From Eledone cirrhosa (taxonomy: Eukaryota): a stretch of 64,000 bases of DNA. The DNA is taken from the NCBI GenBank assembly GCA_964016885.1, contig OZ024742.1:315580001-315644000 (forward strand), in the 5' to 3' direction. The position numbers were made by a program, and so were the translations under genes. This document shows, piece by piece, positions 1-13,193 of this stretch. Every line of letters starts with the position of its first letter. Positions within the stretch are counted from its first letter, which is position 1. The notes below the pieces were generated by a model that did not search any database, had not been told where the DNA came from, and worked only from the letters and a program-made list of their open reading frames with translations.

Positions 1-96
1 CATCCGAAACGTTAAAACTTTTCCTACTATATTAAGCATGAAACTAATATATATCTTCATTGTACTTTGTCTTCTGTGTATATTCACATACATATA

Positions 97-317
97 ATAT
101 ACATATATATATATATATACATGTATGTATGTGTGTGTGTGTGTATGTATGTATATATTTGTGTGTATGTATGTATATGTGTGTATGTATGTATGTATAT
201 GTGTGTATGTATGTATATATATTTGTGTGTATGTATGTATATATATTTGTGTGTATGTATGTATATTGTATATATGTATATATATATATATGCATATATA
301 CATATATATATATATAG
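97..317. repeat. Compound (TA)n/(TG)n/(TATG)n microsatellite
   Basis: Directly visible simple repeat; explains the Y/I/M/C/V-rich ORFs at 44-415. Confidence 0.95.
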
Positions 318-1195
318 TAATAATAATAAATTTGAAGACTAAATTCCAAAGAGGACTAAGGCAAATAGAAATAACAAAGCAAATGACACAGTACAATGAA
401 ATATATTATGCTTGATATAGTAGGAAAAGAGTGTAGTAGAAGAAAGGATATGTATATATACATGTGTGTGTGTGTTTGTATATATAGAAAGCTGAAGTTT
501 TCTGTGTGTGTGGACAATTTTTAATGAGGGCTCCTATATTCTAAACCATTCATGCGATTTCTTTGAAATTTTTTACAGAGCTACTCCTTGCACAAAACCT
601 GTACATGATCTACAAAGGCTTTCAAAAATCGATATTGGGGCCTTTGGAGACATTAAAAAAATTTTGGTTATTTGTGTCAATTTTCGTGATTTAGTAAGAC
701 AAGAGTTATCTTTCGTCGATAAAATAGGAACTCATTTTTGATGTTGTCAAAAATTTTGTTTTGGGATTTTGATTATTACAATTCGGCTCATTCGGATTTT
801 GTTTTACTCTTTGTACTTGAAACAAAAGGTTCGCTTCCTTGAGACTAACAATATCATTTTGTATATTTCATAACCAGCAATTTCTAACAGATTACTAAGT
901 TAAGTTATAGATTTGACATTGTATAATTTATCATTTCAAGCATGGTGTTCATACATTAAGTGATGTCATAACTTTTACAATATTATGCTTAAATTTATCT
1001 AAAAGATGGTTTATACATCAAAGACTTAAAATTATTCTATTTTTTCGCATTGATTAGACTACGTTTCTGACACATAATTTAGTTATTAACTTACATATCC
1101 TGTACATTACATGTACTTCAAATACATTTTACAATTAATCTTTATTTTTACATTCGATTGTGTTATATCATGTCTACTTTACAAATTTCGTTTTG

Positions 1196-4100
1196 ATGCC
1201 TCGTGGAAAAAAAAGATTGTCGACCGGTGTGGTTAAGGAAAAGCAGCGTCGAGCTAATGAAACTGAGGAGCAGAGGACAACTAGGTTATCCACATTAGCT
1301 GCCTACAACGCACGACTCAATACTTCGCATTCATCACATTGATACTCAGTAGAAAAACTTGCAGCCCGTATGGCAAAAAGTGCACAAAACACTGCTGCTT
1401 CACGATCAAATGAGTCTACAGAGGAACGTGCTATTCGGTTAGCGCTGACTGCTGCCTCAAGAGCTGCGGAGACACCTGAACAGCATGCAACTCGAACAAA
1501 ACGCAATGGTACCGCGACTGCTGCGTCAAGAGCTGCGGAGACACCTCAACAACGCATACATCACCAGGCTTCCGATTGTGCTTATCGGACAGCTGCAATA
1601 GCTTCTGAAACATTGGTTGAAAGAACTACTCGACTACAAACGATTGCACATCATAACGCTATTCTGCTTGGTGCATCAAAGCCTACGAGGAATAGATGGG
1701 TTTTTAAAGCCTTTGATTATGACCTCTCTGAAAATTATGCTGACCACAAAGATGTTGCCATTGGTCGTATGTCCAAAATCTGTCTACACTGTAAAGCACT
1801 AACTTGGCCGGGAGAGCCTGTTGGTCTATGCTGCTCAAATGGAAAGGTTTGTCTGCCCAACAGCCCTGAAACTCCACAGCCTTTAAAGTCCCTTCTGCTT
1901 GGTGAGCATCCATATTCTCAAGATTTCATGAACCGAATATGGGCATACAATTCTGCATTTCAAATGATAAGTTTTGGTCATAAGCCCATATCTTATAGAA
2001 ACTTTAATCCCACTTTTACCATTCAGGGACAAACATACCATTTAATCGGTTCTCTTCTACCAACAGATGCTTCTCATCATAATTTTCTTCAGATATACTT
2101 CATGGGACCAGAGAGAGAGCAAATAGCACATAGGGCTGCTGTTGCTCCAGGCACATACACGGCTGTTCTGGGACCTCTTCAGGAAATGCTTCATGAGCAC
2201 AACCGGTATATCAGCCAATTTAAAACAGCTATTCAATGACGCCGGGCAGATAATGCCAACTTTAAGGTTATTAAAAGTGACAGGACTCCTGTTGGGGAAC
2301 ATCACCACTGTTACAACCGACCCGAAACAGATGAGGTTGCTGTTTTGCTTTGTAATCCCAATGCAACTCTTTCCAAAAGAGATATCATCCTAGAGTGGCA
2401 GGACTCCTGTCTTAGGCTGGATTTAATTCATTGATCCTCTTATGACACCCTTCAATAATACCCCTTACTCTTTCCCTATGGAGAGGATGGATACAGTCCT
2501 GATATCCCTACCATTGTACCTACAACACACCAAACAGCACAGCCTCCAAAAATGGTTTCCCAGATGAACTTCTACAGTTACAGATTGATGGTTAGAACGA
2601 ACAACTTCAACAGTCTTCACAGAGCAGGGGCTCTTCTGAATCAGTATTGTGTGGATATGTATGCTAAGGTAGGATTTACTCCCTTTTCAGTTATGTGTAC
2701 CTATAATTTTTATTAAAATCTTTGCATAACCATCCTATTCCTTACTCTCACAGATTGACTCGGAACGACTTCTTTGGATTCGCCATAATCAAAAGCAGCT
2801 CTGTGCAGATAAATATGCCAAGGTTTGAGACGAGGTTTATAGCAATGACAATGTAATTGCTTCTGAGGTTGGTATTCGAATCATCCTGCCATCGTCATAT
2901 ACAGGCGGCCCGAGGTATATGCATGAAAAGATGCAGGGCGCTCTCACATATGTTCGTCTTTACAACCGCCCTGACCTTTTCATAAAGTTCACATGCAACC
3001 CCAAATGGGAGGACATCCAAATGAGCTTACTTCCGGGCCAATGACCAGCAGATCGCCATGACATCTCTGCTCGCATTTTTCATCTTAAAGTTCGTAAGAT
3101 TGATTTGTTTAAATGTAAAGTTTTTGGGCCGATCAAATGTTTTATGTATACTGTTGAATGGCAAAAACGTGGTCTACCTACGCCCACATCTTACTCTGGC
3201 TACAAAGCAAACTTCGACCTTCTGACATGGACACAGTCATAAGTGCAGAATTTCCAAATCCCAATGAAGACCCCCCTCCCCCTCCCAGTTGTACGAAATC
3301 ATTCGAAAAAATATGGTTCGTGGGCCATGTCGTCACCTTAATTCTAAGTCTTCATGCATGGCAAACAGAAAATGCACTAAGAAATATCCACAAAAGCTTT
3401 TGGCTGAGACGATCTCAGGTAACAACGGTTACCCATTATATTGCAGAAGAGCTCCTGGACATGGCGGTTTCACAGCAACAATCAAATATGGATCTAACCG
3501 AGAATTTACAATTGACAATCAATGGGTTGTTCCACATAACAAGATGCTATGCAAGACATTTAATGCGCATATTAACGTTGAATATTGTAACTCAGTTAAA
3601 TCTATACATTACGTTTGCAAATACATCAATAAGGGATCCGATAGAGCCGTCTTTTAAGTGGCACAAACAGGAACAGCAGCTGCACCAACAGATGAGGTAG
3701 AACTCTTTCAAATAGGGCGTTATATCTCAACCAATGAGGCCGTTTGGAGAACATTTGGTTTCCCTATACACGAGCGATTCTCCCCTGTTCAACATCTCAG
3801 TGTTCACTTAGAGGACAAGCAGAGAGTTTACTTCACTGTAGAAAACTTACGTCAACAGGCTCTTGCCCCACGTAGGACAAATTTGACTGCATTTTTCGAA
3901 CTCTGTACGGTTGACTCCTACGCAAAAACTCTTCTGTATATTGATGTTCCTCATTATTATTCTTGGAACCACTCAACTTATTTATGACAAAGAAGAAAAC
4001 AGAGCCAACACATCGATTCAGATCCTGCCATTTTTTAAAGTGATACAATAGGACGCGTCTATACTGTTCATCCTTTGAACTTCTAATGCTTCCATCTTCG

Positions 4101-5958
4101 ACTGCTGCTTCACGTTGTACGTGGACCAACATCCTTTGCAGCCCTTCGCACAGTGGATGGTCAATTATGCAAGACATTCAAGGACGCCTGCTTTAAACGG
4201 GGACTCATCAATACGGACAACCATTATGAGAGTACACTTGAGGAAGCGTCTCTCCGTTGATCTCCGTCAAAGCTTCAGCATCTATTCGCCATTATGCTGG
4301 TTTTCTGCAACTTTGTTAACTCGCCTTTGTTGTGGAATAAATACAGGGACCGCATGTGCCACAATATATGGCTTCAAACCTGTCAAGCTACCGAAAATTC
4401 CACCACTGCTTTTACCCCCTCTATGTATAACGCTGGTCTAATTATCTTGGAGGACTTAGTTGTGGCATTTGGAGGCATACTGCCTCCCTTCTCCGGATAG
4501 AAACCAAGAGCAAACTTTTAATCGACTCCTCTTTAGAGAAACCAGCTACGACAAAACCAAGCTTTGACAATACGTAGCTGTCAACGAGCCTCTCCTTAAT
4601 CCAGATCAAGAATCTGCATACAAATCCGTTCTAAACAAGGTATACAGCAATACTGGCAGGATTATCTTCATAGATGCACCTGGAGGGACCAGTAAAACAT
4701 TTCTGCTTAATCTTATTGTTGCTAAGGTAAGGCAGAATGGCGACATTGCACTTGCTGTTGCCTCGTCCGGTATAGCTGCGACTCTTTTAGAAGGTGGCGT
4801 ACAGCACACTCAACCTTCAAGCTGCCACTGAACGTTGTCCATCGAGAGAATCCCATCTGCAATATCTCATAGAGTTCTGATGAAGCTGCTCTGTTGAAAA
4901 GCTGTAAACTAATTTTGTGGGATGAGGCAACCATGTCCCGTAAAGGCTCTCTTCAAGCACTCGATGCCACAATGAAAGATCTTAGATCTAATGACAATAT
5001 ATTTGGAGGAGCCACTCTTCTTCTCGCAGGTGACTTCAGACAGACACTTCCCGTGGTACCAAATGGATCACCTGCTGATGAAGTGGACGCCTGCTTAAAA
5101 AAGTCCTCATTTTAGGAGTTTGTTGAGGTACAAAAACTAACAACATGCGATCGCTATTACAAACTGGTCGTCCGTCTAGACCATTTTCCACTATATTCCT
5201 CCAAATCGGTGATGGTCAACTTGAGTCCGACAACAATGGATACATTGACACTTCTACCATTGGCTGCTCAGCCTCAACGCCGGATGACTTATGTTCTTCA
5301 GTTTATCCAAATCTTTCAACTGAATTCATGAATCCTGATTGGCTTTGTGAGAGGGCTATTCTTGCACCCACAAATGCTGCTGTTAAGCTGATCAATCACA
5401 AAATAGTTGGTCAGTTGCCCTCTATTCAACGCTGTTACAAGTCAGTTAACACTGTTACAGACTTTGATCAAGTGACCAACTTCCCAGCAGAGTTTCTTAA
5501 CTCTCAGGATCCTCCAGAACTACCTCCTCACGAGTTGTATCTAAAAGTTGGAGCTCCTGTTATCCTGCTACATAATTTACCCCCCCCCCCCCCCCCTTCT
5601 TTGTAATGGAACAAGACTGGTGGTAAAGCAACTGATGAACCTTGTAATTGAGGCAGAAATAATCACAGGACCCGGGCGAAATTAATCTGTTTTTATTCCC
5701 AAAATTCCTTTTACCCTTTCTGATTGTCCATTTCCCATGAAAAGGTTACAATTCCCAGTCAAGCTTAGTTTTGCAATGACCATAAACAAATCTCAAGGCC
5801 AATCTCTTAAAGTTGTTGGTCTGGATCTTCGAACCCATTGCTTTTCACATGGTCAGTTTTACGTTGGCTGTTCTCGAGTTGGTAATCCTGACACCCTATT
5901 TATTTATGCTCCTGACGGGAAAACCAAAAATGTTGTGTATAAATCTGCTCTTCAATAA
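1196..5958 (+). pseudogene. Helitron Rep-Hel transposase pseudogene (N-terminal repeats, Zn finger, HUH Rep, PIF1-family SF1 helicase) with many stops and frameshifts
   Basis: Zn motif CLHCKA..CCSNGKV. Rep motifs DLFIKFTCNPKW, YTVEWQKRGLP(H)AHIL (1-nt deletion near 3180) and YVCKYINKG. Helicase motifs DAPGGTSKTF, LILWDEATM, AGDFRQTLPV, QFPVKLSFAMTINKSQGQSL, FSHGQFYVGCSRV. Confidence 0.95.
2669..2753 (+). other. Putative 85-nt GT-AG phase-0 intron in the Helitron Rep gene
   Basis: AAG|GTAGG ... pyrimidine tract CCTTACTCTCACAG|ATT. Removal joins QYCVDMYAK to IDSERLLWIRHNQKQL, a motif that is contiguous in Helitron proteins. Confidence 0.8.
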
Positions 5959-6338
5959 TCCAAAAGACGAGTGCTCCCACCCAACATCCACCTCTTTTTA
6001 TAACGATTTTCTCATCCATCAGTTCTCCCCTGTTATGTCCAATCTGTATTGTTATTCCAACCTATGTACATAATAGTGTCTATTATTCCCTTCACTTCTC
6101 TTTCATGATGCGCTTTTACCGTTGTCAAATAATTTATACCTAGACTGGATTTCTGTTGTTACATGGGATAACGGATGCCACCGAGCTCGCATATTAATTA
6201 TTTCGCTGGAATAGTGTCTAAGGTTTGCATGTTTAGATAAAGTACGTTTTTCTTCTATGTATTCAAATTTACTTTGTTTAATTTAATGAGCTACATCGAA
6301 AGCTACTTGAACCGTCCAAAGGACGAGTACTTTAGCTA

Positions 6339-6372
<34 letters not shown>

Positions 6373-6398
6373 TCATCGTTTAACGTCCATATTCCACG

Positions 6399-6444
<46 letters not shown>

Positions 6445-7734
6445 CGAGTGGATCATTTCCAATAATGGGATTCACATACTAACATCGTGAAACTTAAGTA
6501 TTCTATGAAAATATATGCTTAATTACCTTGTATTAAATAATATATTACCTCTATGTTTACATATTGAGGACTCATTCTTTCATTATCAAGAATTCAATCT
6601 TAGCTAACAGTATATGTGTGTGTGGAGTCTGCAGACATGCACCTATTCATTTGATTGCGTGTCTGCTGCACAAGTCTATTAGTGTTGGCAGTGTTATGCG
6701 TCTATGATATTCAACAGACTGTGCCCTCCTCCTCTGCCTTCTACTACTATATGTTTCCAACAGAATATATGCCCCCACCCCCTCTTCCTTCTATCAGCAC
6801 CACTATTGCCTCCACCACCTAAAAACATCAACATCATTGACTGTATCTGCATCCAAAAAGTAGTGTTTACATACATTATTTAAACGGAGGCAGCCAAGGC
6901 TACCTTGACCCTGACCTCTCAATCAATACTTATTATACTAAGTCAATAGAGCAGTCCACTGACAGACAGACAAACTCACACACACAGACATGTACGCACA
7001 CCCACACATGCAGGCAGACACACACACCAGCACACTTATGAATGCATATACAACTGTCGATAATTTACATGCAGAAATTGCAGTACACTCAAACACACAC
7101 GTGTGTGTGTGTGCAGTTATATAAGACAACCATAACTGGTTCTTATGCTAACACAGACATAATATACGCACATATTTACTCATAGTAAACACACATATTT
7201 ACACGAGCTAACAAAGAAGAGTATGTGGTCACTGGACTTGTTAGAAATAGCAGCCAAATCTCCCTCATATACACTACCATCTTCAAAAGTATGAAAGAAC
7301 ACATTGGATAAGGTATTTCTAGATACACATAAATGGAATGGCTTTGCATCATAAGGACTTACCCCAAACTAAACAAAAATCAACACCACATACATACATT
7401 ATGCAAAGCATGTTGTCCGACACTCTACTGATTCTGCCAATCTACCGCCCTAGTGCTTACAAATACTAAACATACATTATAGGCATACTATACACATGTA
7501 TACAGACATTACACACATACACACATACCCAGGCAATTATGTATACAAACTGCTCCATACTCACACTTGTGTACACACAAATCCATTGTTACAGAGATAC
7601 TCCGAACAGGAAATGCACTGCACACACGTACCAACAGATACATGCTCATGCATACAATCTTATGCAAATTGATGCAAATCATATGCATGTAAATAAGTAC
7701 ATACATATATACCACAACGCACAAACACACACAC

Positions 7735-8170
7735 AGTCTTAGTATACATATATACCACAACATGCATGGTCACACACTGACGTAGTCCTACTATATTCAC
7801 ATATATACACAACACATAATCCTATTGCACACATACACACACACAAACACATGTACACAAACAATCCTACTACTCACATATATACCACAATATACACACA
7901 CACAGTCCTACTATACTCATATATATATATATATATCATCATCGTTTAACGTCCATCTTCTTCGCTAATATAAATATATATATATACACACACACACAAC
8001 ATGGAAACGCATGTACACAAACAATTCTACTACACTCACATATATATATATATATATATATATATACCACAATATACACACTTGTAGCCCTTCTACACAC
8101 ACACACAACATGCATGCATACATACATACATACACACAGCACATGGTTTTACTACACTCACATATAGGCC
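7735..8170. repeat. Degenerate CA-rich minisatellite (recurring AGTCCTACTATACTCACATATATACCACAA-like units)
   Basis: Several imperfect recurrences of CTACTA(T/C)ACTCACA and CACAAC(A)TG. Confidence 0.55.
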
Positions 8171-8595
8171 TCCTGCATGTGTAAGTGCCCACTCGAGCCA
8201 TGTGTACATTACATTGCAGAGAAATTGGAGAATAAATAGTAAGACAGAAGAGAAGAGGGAGAAATGTAGTGAGAGATAAGAGCATGTGATTCTGCATGCA
8301 TGCATGCAAATCTGCTTATGAATTATCATGCATATGCATATGCTTGTATGCATACATGTCACAACAAGTGAATGTAACATATAATAATAAAAAAAATGGA
8401 GTGATGGAAGGAAAAAGATGCTAGACATACAGCAGCGTGCGTCCACTGTATGCATGCCAAATTAACTGAGCAATATGCATGTCACGAGGAACAACAATAG
8501 CGCAGCAACAGCTGCAGTGGCTAATACAACAACAAGCATTACCACAAGTGCAGTCACTGTAATTATAATCTGATTTTGATCTCTAAAATTAATTT

Positions 8596-8820
8596 TTAAT
8601 CCTTTAGCATAACATTACTCTATATATACTATTGTGTTTTTACAGTAAAGGCTTTTTCTCACATAATATCCCATATAATATCGAATCTGAAATTTTGATA
8701 TTATATATGTTGAGAACAATACCTTAACATCAATATGAGTAACTAGTTATGGCTGGTTTGAACAGAAAGAGATGAGAGAATTCTGGCTGGATATGTCCGG
8801 TTTAAATGCTAAAGGGTTAA
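8596..8820. mobile_element. piggyBac-like MITE (TTAA-flanked, TIR CCCTTTAGCAT)
   Basis: TTAAtCCTTTAGCAT ... ATGCTAAAGGGTTAA; homologous copies in the opposite orientation at about 16618-16834 and 18275-18466. Confidence 0.7.
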
Positions 8821-8864
8821 TGTTTTTCCACTATTCTGGCTCTTAAGATTTTTAAATCCTGCTA

Positions 8865-8992
8865 AGGTCAAAGTTGCCTTTCATTCTTCCAAGTTTAATC
8901 AAATAAAGTACCAGTCAAGTATGGTGTTGATTTAATCAACTTACCCCATCCCCTTATTGCTGGCCTTATTCCTAAATTAGAAATAAATATTA
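8865..8992 (+). mobile_element. 5'-truncated tRNA-derived SINE (family 1)
   Basis: TTGCCTTTCAT..AAATAAAGTACCAG..TTGCTGGCCTT..AAATTAGAAA shared with the other copies. Confidence 0.65.
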
Positions 8993-9856
8993 CTACTGAA
9001 TCATTGCTATCACCTCATCCACAACATCTTTAGTGGCTGTGTATATCTGGGTTAGAATAGGTACATTGAATATCTGCTTGTCATGATGCAGCTAAAACAA
9101 TTGACACCAAGAACATCCCACTGTAAAACTTTGCCTTAAAAAAGACCCTATAAATACGGTGTGTATCCAGTTTAGAATAGGTACGCCATATCCCTGCATC
9201 TCATTAAGGTGTCTAAAAGGCATTCAGACATAAAATATTGCTTCTAAAGCGACCCCCATAATTAGTATGAAATCTATGTTCGGGCTCAGCAAGACTAACA
9301 TTAAAAAAGGGGTTAAATGTGTTCCAAACACCAGATAAAAAATTTGAAGAAAAAAACGAAAGTTTATTAAATCGCTCCAGATTCGTGATTACATTCAAAT
9401 TTATTTTCAAATATTAGATAATGTATTTTATAAGAAATACAGTAACAAAAGAGTTTGAAAGCATAATTTAAATAAGTTTGGTTGCTATTTCTAGCAGGTA
9501 AAGTAAACCCCTAAAGCTCTGCCCACTTCATTGACTTGACTTACTAGCATTTTACATTTACATAACATGTGATACAACAGATCACTTCATTATGTACTGT
9601 GATAATTGAAATGTATGTTTTTCATTGTCTTTCTTTTTTTGTGGGTAGAGGGAGCCATTAAACATTGCAACTACAAAAATATAATTATTTTGAACTTAGG
9701 GCTCCCAAACTTACCTCCTCCACTCTTTGGTCTGGTGTGGATTTCAACACCAGGCCTAAGAGTAGAAGAGGTAAATTTGGGTGTCCCCCAAGTTCAAAAT
9801 AATTGCATTGTGAACTTAAGCAGTGCATCAGATTTTTTGTAGATATTATTTAAGAA

Positions 9857-10035
9857 CAGGGTTTCCCAAATTTTTCAAACGTGGACCCTTTTTGGTTCAG
9901 AAACTTTTCGGGGGAACCCCAAAGTGTAATACGGTTATATGGTTGTAATATAAATATACTCCTCTACCTATTTTCATGGAACCCCAGACACTCATTTGCG
10001 GAATCCAGTTTGGAAACCACTTTTGGGAACCACAG
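9857..10035. mobile_element. hAT (Charlie-like) MITE
   Basis: Imperfect TIRs CAGGGTTTCCCAAA / TTTGGGAACCACAG; right flank CTCTAGAG matches the Charlie NTCTAGAN target. Confidence 0.6.
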
Positions 10036-10271
10036 CTCTAGAGAGCAACAAATGACCATAACTGCAGCATTGTGAGTATACTAGAGGGATGAGCAAAAAG
10101 AGGGAAACCGAAGAAGACATGGTGCAATGTTTTCAAATAAAACAATTTAACATCATCTGTGAAGAGGCAGGTGACCAAGCACTAAACATGGAATAATTGG
10201 TAGTATCTTACAGACTATATGTGCACTAGCAGCCGAAATATATGATAAAGTTATATCTGCATATATACAGT

Positions 10272-10476
10272 GTGTGTAACCAAGACTGTACCAGTATATA
10301 TAAATATATATACACATATCTAATTTGTAGGTAGTAAATACGAATTTCCCGATAAATTGAAAAAAATAGAATGTTCAATTTACATGGAAATTTACTTTTT
10401 CTTGCATATTTATATGCCTACAAATTAGATATGTGTTTATATATTTATACACATTGGTGCAGTCTCGATTACACAC
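10272..10476. repeat. Foldback/MITE-like inverted repeat with arms of about 70 bp
   Basis: GTGTAACCAAGACTGTACCA..ACACATATCTAATTTGTAGG pairs with CCTACAAATTAGATATGTGT..TGGTGCAGTCTCGATTACAC. Confidence 0.75.
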
Positions 10477-10519
10477 TTAGTATTTATGCAGGCTAATATG
10501 CAGAATGGCTATGAAAGGA

Positions 10520-11490
10520 TTCATTTTTGGTGTGCTCTTACCACTAACTGCTCATGTGCATCTGTTACATACAAAGTCTACTTCTCTCTCTCCCTCCCTG
10601 TAATGCCATTGTATTTCTGGTGCATCACAGTACACCAATTTTGCAGGCTTCTTTTCTGTATATTGAGCATAGCCACCTCTCTGATAGTAGTAGTATCTTA
10701 TCTTCTTTCCAGCCAATTAAAATATTTGCTTTTCTAGGTTTACATTGAGGCCTCTTGATTTTAGACATTACTTCCATGTTTGGAATTTATTTTCTAATTT
10801 TTCAACAGATTCTGTTATGAGAACAATGTCTTCAACATAAAGGAATTCCCACAAACAGCCAGTCTTAAACTTCTAGATAGATTATAATAAACAGAAGAGG
10901 GCTCAGAACTGAGACCTGATAGGCTAGCATACTAAATTCTTCATTGCTAAATCTAACCTTCATGACGGTATCTTCTGTACATGTCTTGCACAGCTCTCAC
11001 AAGCTATTCATCCCCATCTAGGTTACTGTGTTACCACCAGTATACAGAGTGATAAAAGCTAGGTGGAATGAATTAATCTTAAGACCTTCTGATGGTGTCT
11101 CACTAGGAAAAGGATATTGCTGGTAGTTTATTTTGACACAAACCCAAACTGTATCTCATCTAAGGTAATTTTATTCCTAATTCTATTCCTAATCTATAAC
11201 CTGGCCCTTCAATTTAATGCCTCTATAGTTGCTTCTTTCTAGAACATTTTCTTGCAGTCATTGGTGAAGCTATACCAGTCATTGAGTTTAGCATTTCCTG
11301 TACTATCTGATTGACAGTTTGAGTGACTAGAATATATACTAGTTCATCAAAAATGTTCAGTGTCTCGGGGACTATTCTGCTTTCACATCATTAATCACTT
11401 TTTGACAGTATACCTATAAATTTCATTAGCTGGTCCCTTTGTTGGTAGACCCCCTTCTCTTCCTTCTCTGAAACATGATTCTGATGCATA
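10520..11490 (-). mobile_element. Old degenerate RTE LINE fragment (RT region)
   Basis: Minus-strand translation FKTGCLWEFLYVEDIVLITESVEKLENKFQTWK matches FKTGCPWELLYADDLALIAESMVELENKFQTWK of the younger RTE copy; boundaries approximate. Confidence 0.75.
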
Positions 11491-11529
11491 TGTCTGTGTG
11501 TATAGGTATGTATATGATGATGATGATAT

Positions 11530-11900
11530 AATCATTGGCAGCGCAATCATGGGAGACCATGTTTATTACGCCTCAAGTTATGACTAGTCTCTGGCATCAT
11601 CTGCTGTGACTGTGTAGATTGATGCATGAGTGACAGTCTTTGTTTCTATGTTTGCGATGCGCATTTCTCGGTCCCTATTTACTACTGCAAGTTGACCTCT
11701 TTTCGCATCTACATCTGCCATACTTTTTCGGACTGTCTGACACCAGATATTGTGGTCTCTAGCATGCATCCCTGAAATGGAGCCATGGGCGACCCACTCC
11801 CCTGGTGCCAGTGGCCAGCAACCCATACAGTGTGTCTGTTGGCAACCTCCTATCCTCCATATGCTGAATATTTCCTAGGCAATGAAGACACACTACATAT
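11530..11900 (-). mobile_element. 3' fragment of a BovB-like RTE LINE (different family)
   Basis: Minus-strand translation HMEDRRLPTDTLYGLLATGTRGVGRP, typical of the RTE/BovB C-terminus. Confidence 0.65.
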
Positions 11901-11919
11901 ACACTTACACCTGTAAGGT

Positions 11920-12126
11920 GGGCATATAGGTGTCATGACAAAAAGCACGCAGCACACACTGTAAATGTGGTTGGTGTTAGGAAGGGTATCCAGCTGTAGA
12001 AATCAAGCCAGAATCAGTTCCCATATGAGCAAGACAAGGTCAGCCGACCGACCTGACACTGCCCACAACAGGACAACCCGTCTAACCCATGCTAGCGTGG
12101 AAGAACGGACGTAAAACGATGATGAT
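11920..12126 (+). mobile_element. RTE LINE 3' UTR fragment (family A) ending in (GAT)n at a TA tract
   Basis: Close match to 43670-43866, including GGTTGGTGTTAGGAAGGG and GGACGTAAAACGATGATGAT. Confidence 0.85.
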
Positions 12127-12809
12127 ATATATATATATAGACATACATACACACATGTGCACGCACAGAATTATATGCTTGTGTTGACACATGTACAACT
12201 AAATCATTGACAGGTTTTATGTGTAGGCATATTTTTATGTATTTTTAGGGGGTGGGGAGAGGGAGGGTATTATGACATCTTTATCAAGACAAGCCAAAAG
12301 ATTCCTCTGTTGTGACAAAACACTACCACCATAGATGAGGTGGGCTGGGGAGCAGGAGGACAGTTAATATGTCAGAAAGAGATACATGCAATGAGGTTTG
12401 TGTTGGTGGAATTGACATGCATCATGAAATATTTTTCATGTTTCACACTTGGCATATATGTGTGTGTGTTTGTGCATATATATATATATGTACATATATA
12501 TATGTGTATGTACATTCCCAAGCAATTGTTAGAAACAAGTTTTTTTATGTTCAAATGGAAGCTTGAATTAATTTGAGAACCTGTGATTCTGTTGCAATAT
12601 CTATTTGCATATATTTTCACGTTTCCTCATTCTTATATACAAAACCTTACACATGCACTGGCGTATAACATCACCATCCTCATTATTATTTAGATTCAAT
12701 TTTCCATGCTGGCATGAGCTTCAATTGGATGGTTTGAGACATTGTTTTACAACCGGATACCCTTCCTGACACTAATATATATATATATACTAATGCTGTA
12801 TTATATAAT

Positions 12810-12981
12810 TGTTTCTACTTTAGGCACAAGGCCAGCAATTACCCAGTACATTACTGGTACTTTATTTTATCGACCCCGTAAGGATGAAAGGCAAAGTTAA
12901 CCTCGGTTGGATTTGAACTCAGACTGTAAAGGGATGTAACTATGCTAGAAAGCATGGTGTCGACCCTCTACCGATACTGCC
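12810..12981 (-). mobile_element. tRNA-derived SINE family 1 with 18-bp TSD
   Basis: Reverse complement of the adjacent SINE; TSD AATGCTGTATTATATAAT at 12792-12809 and 12982-12999. Confidence 0.9.
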
Positions 12982-13005
12982 AATGCTGTATTATATAATG
13001 GTATA

Positions 13006-13193
13006 AGGGCGGTGGATTGGCAGTATCGGTAGAGAGTCGGACACCATGCTTTGAAGCATAGAGTTACGTCCCTTTATGATCTGAGTTCAAATCCCGCCGA
13101 GGTTAACTTTGCCTTTCATCCTTACGGGGTCGATAAAATAAAGTACCAGTAATGTACTGGATAATTGCTGGCCTTGTGCCTAAAATAGAAACA
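13006..13193 (+). mobile_element. tRNA-derived SINE family 1, full length, with 16-bp TSD
   Basis: A-box-like TGGCAGTATCGG, B box GAGTTCAAATCCC, central GCCTTTCATCCTTACGGGGTCGATAAAATAAAGTACCAG; TSD ATTATATAATGGTATA at 12990-13005 and 13194-13209. Confidence 0.92.

Larger units (their letters stand above)
477..6339 (+). mobile_element. Helitron rolling-circle transposon, apparently full length, decayed
   Basis: Contains Rep and PIF1 helicase coding remnants. 3' end has the hairpin CGTCC-AAA-GGACG (6313-6325), then CTAG (6336-6339) followed by T. The 5' end (..TATATATAGAAAGCTGAAG) is approximate. Confidence 0.93.

Noticed and set aside
1-60. CCGAAACGTTA resembling the 3' half of a hammerhead or Penelope end
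   Set aside because: Cut by the window edge; the CUGANGA box and stems cannot be seen.
13006-13100. tRNA genes at the GTTCAAATCCC motifs
   Set aside because: These are SINE heads followed by a shared body and tail and flanked by TSDs; no cloverleaf.
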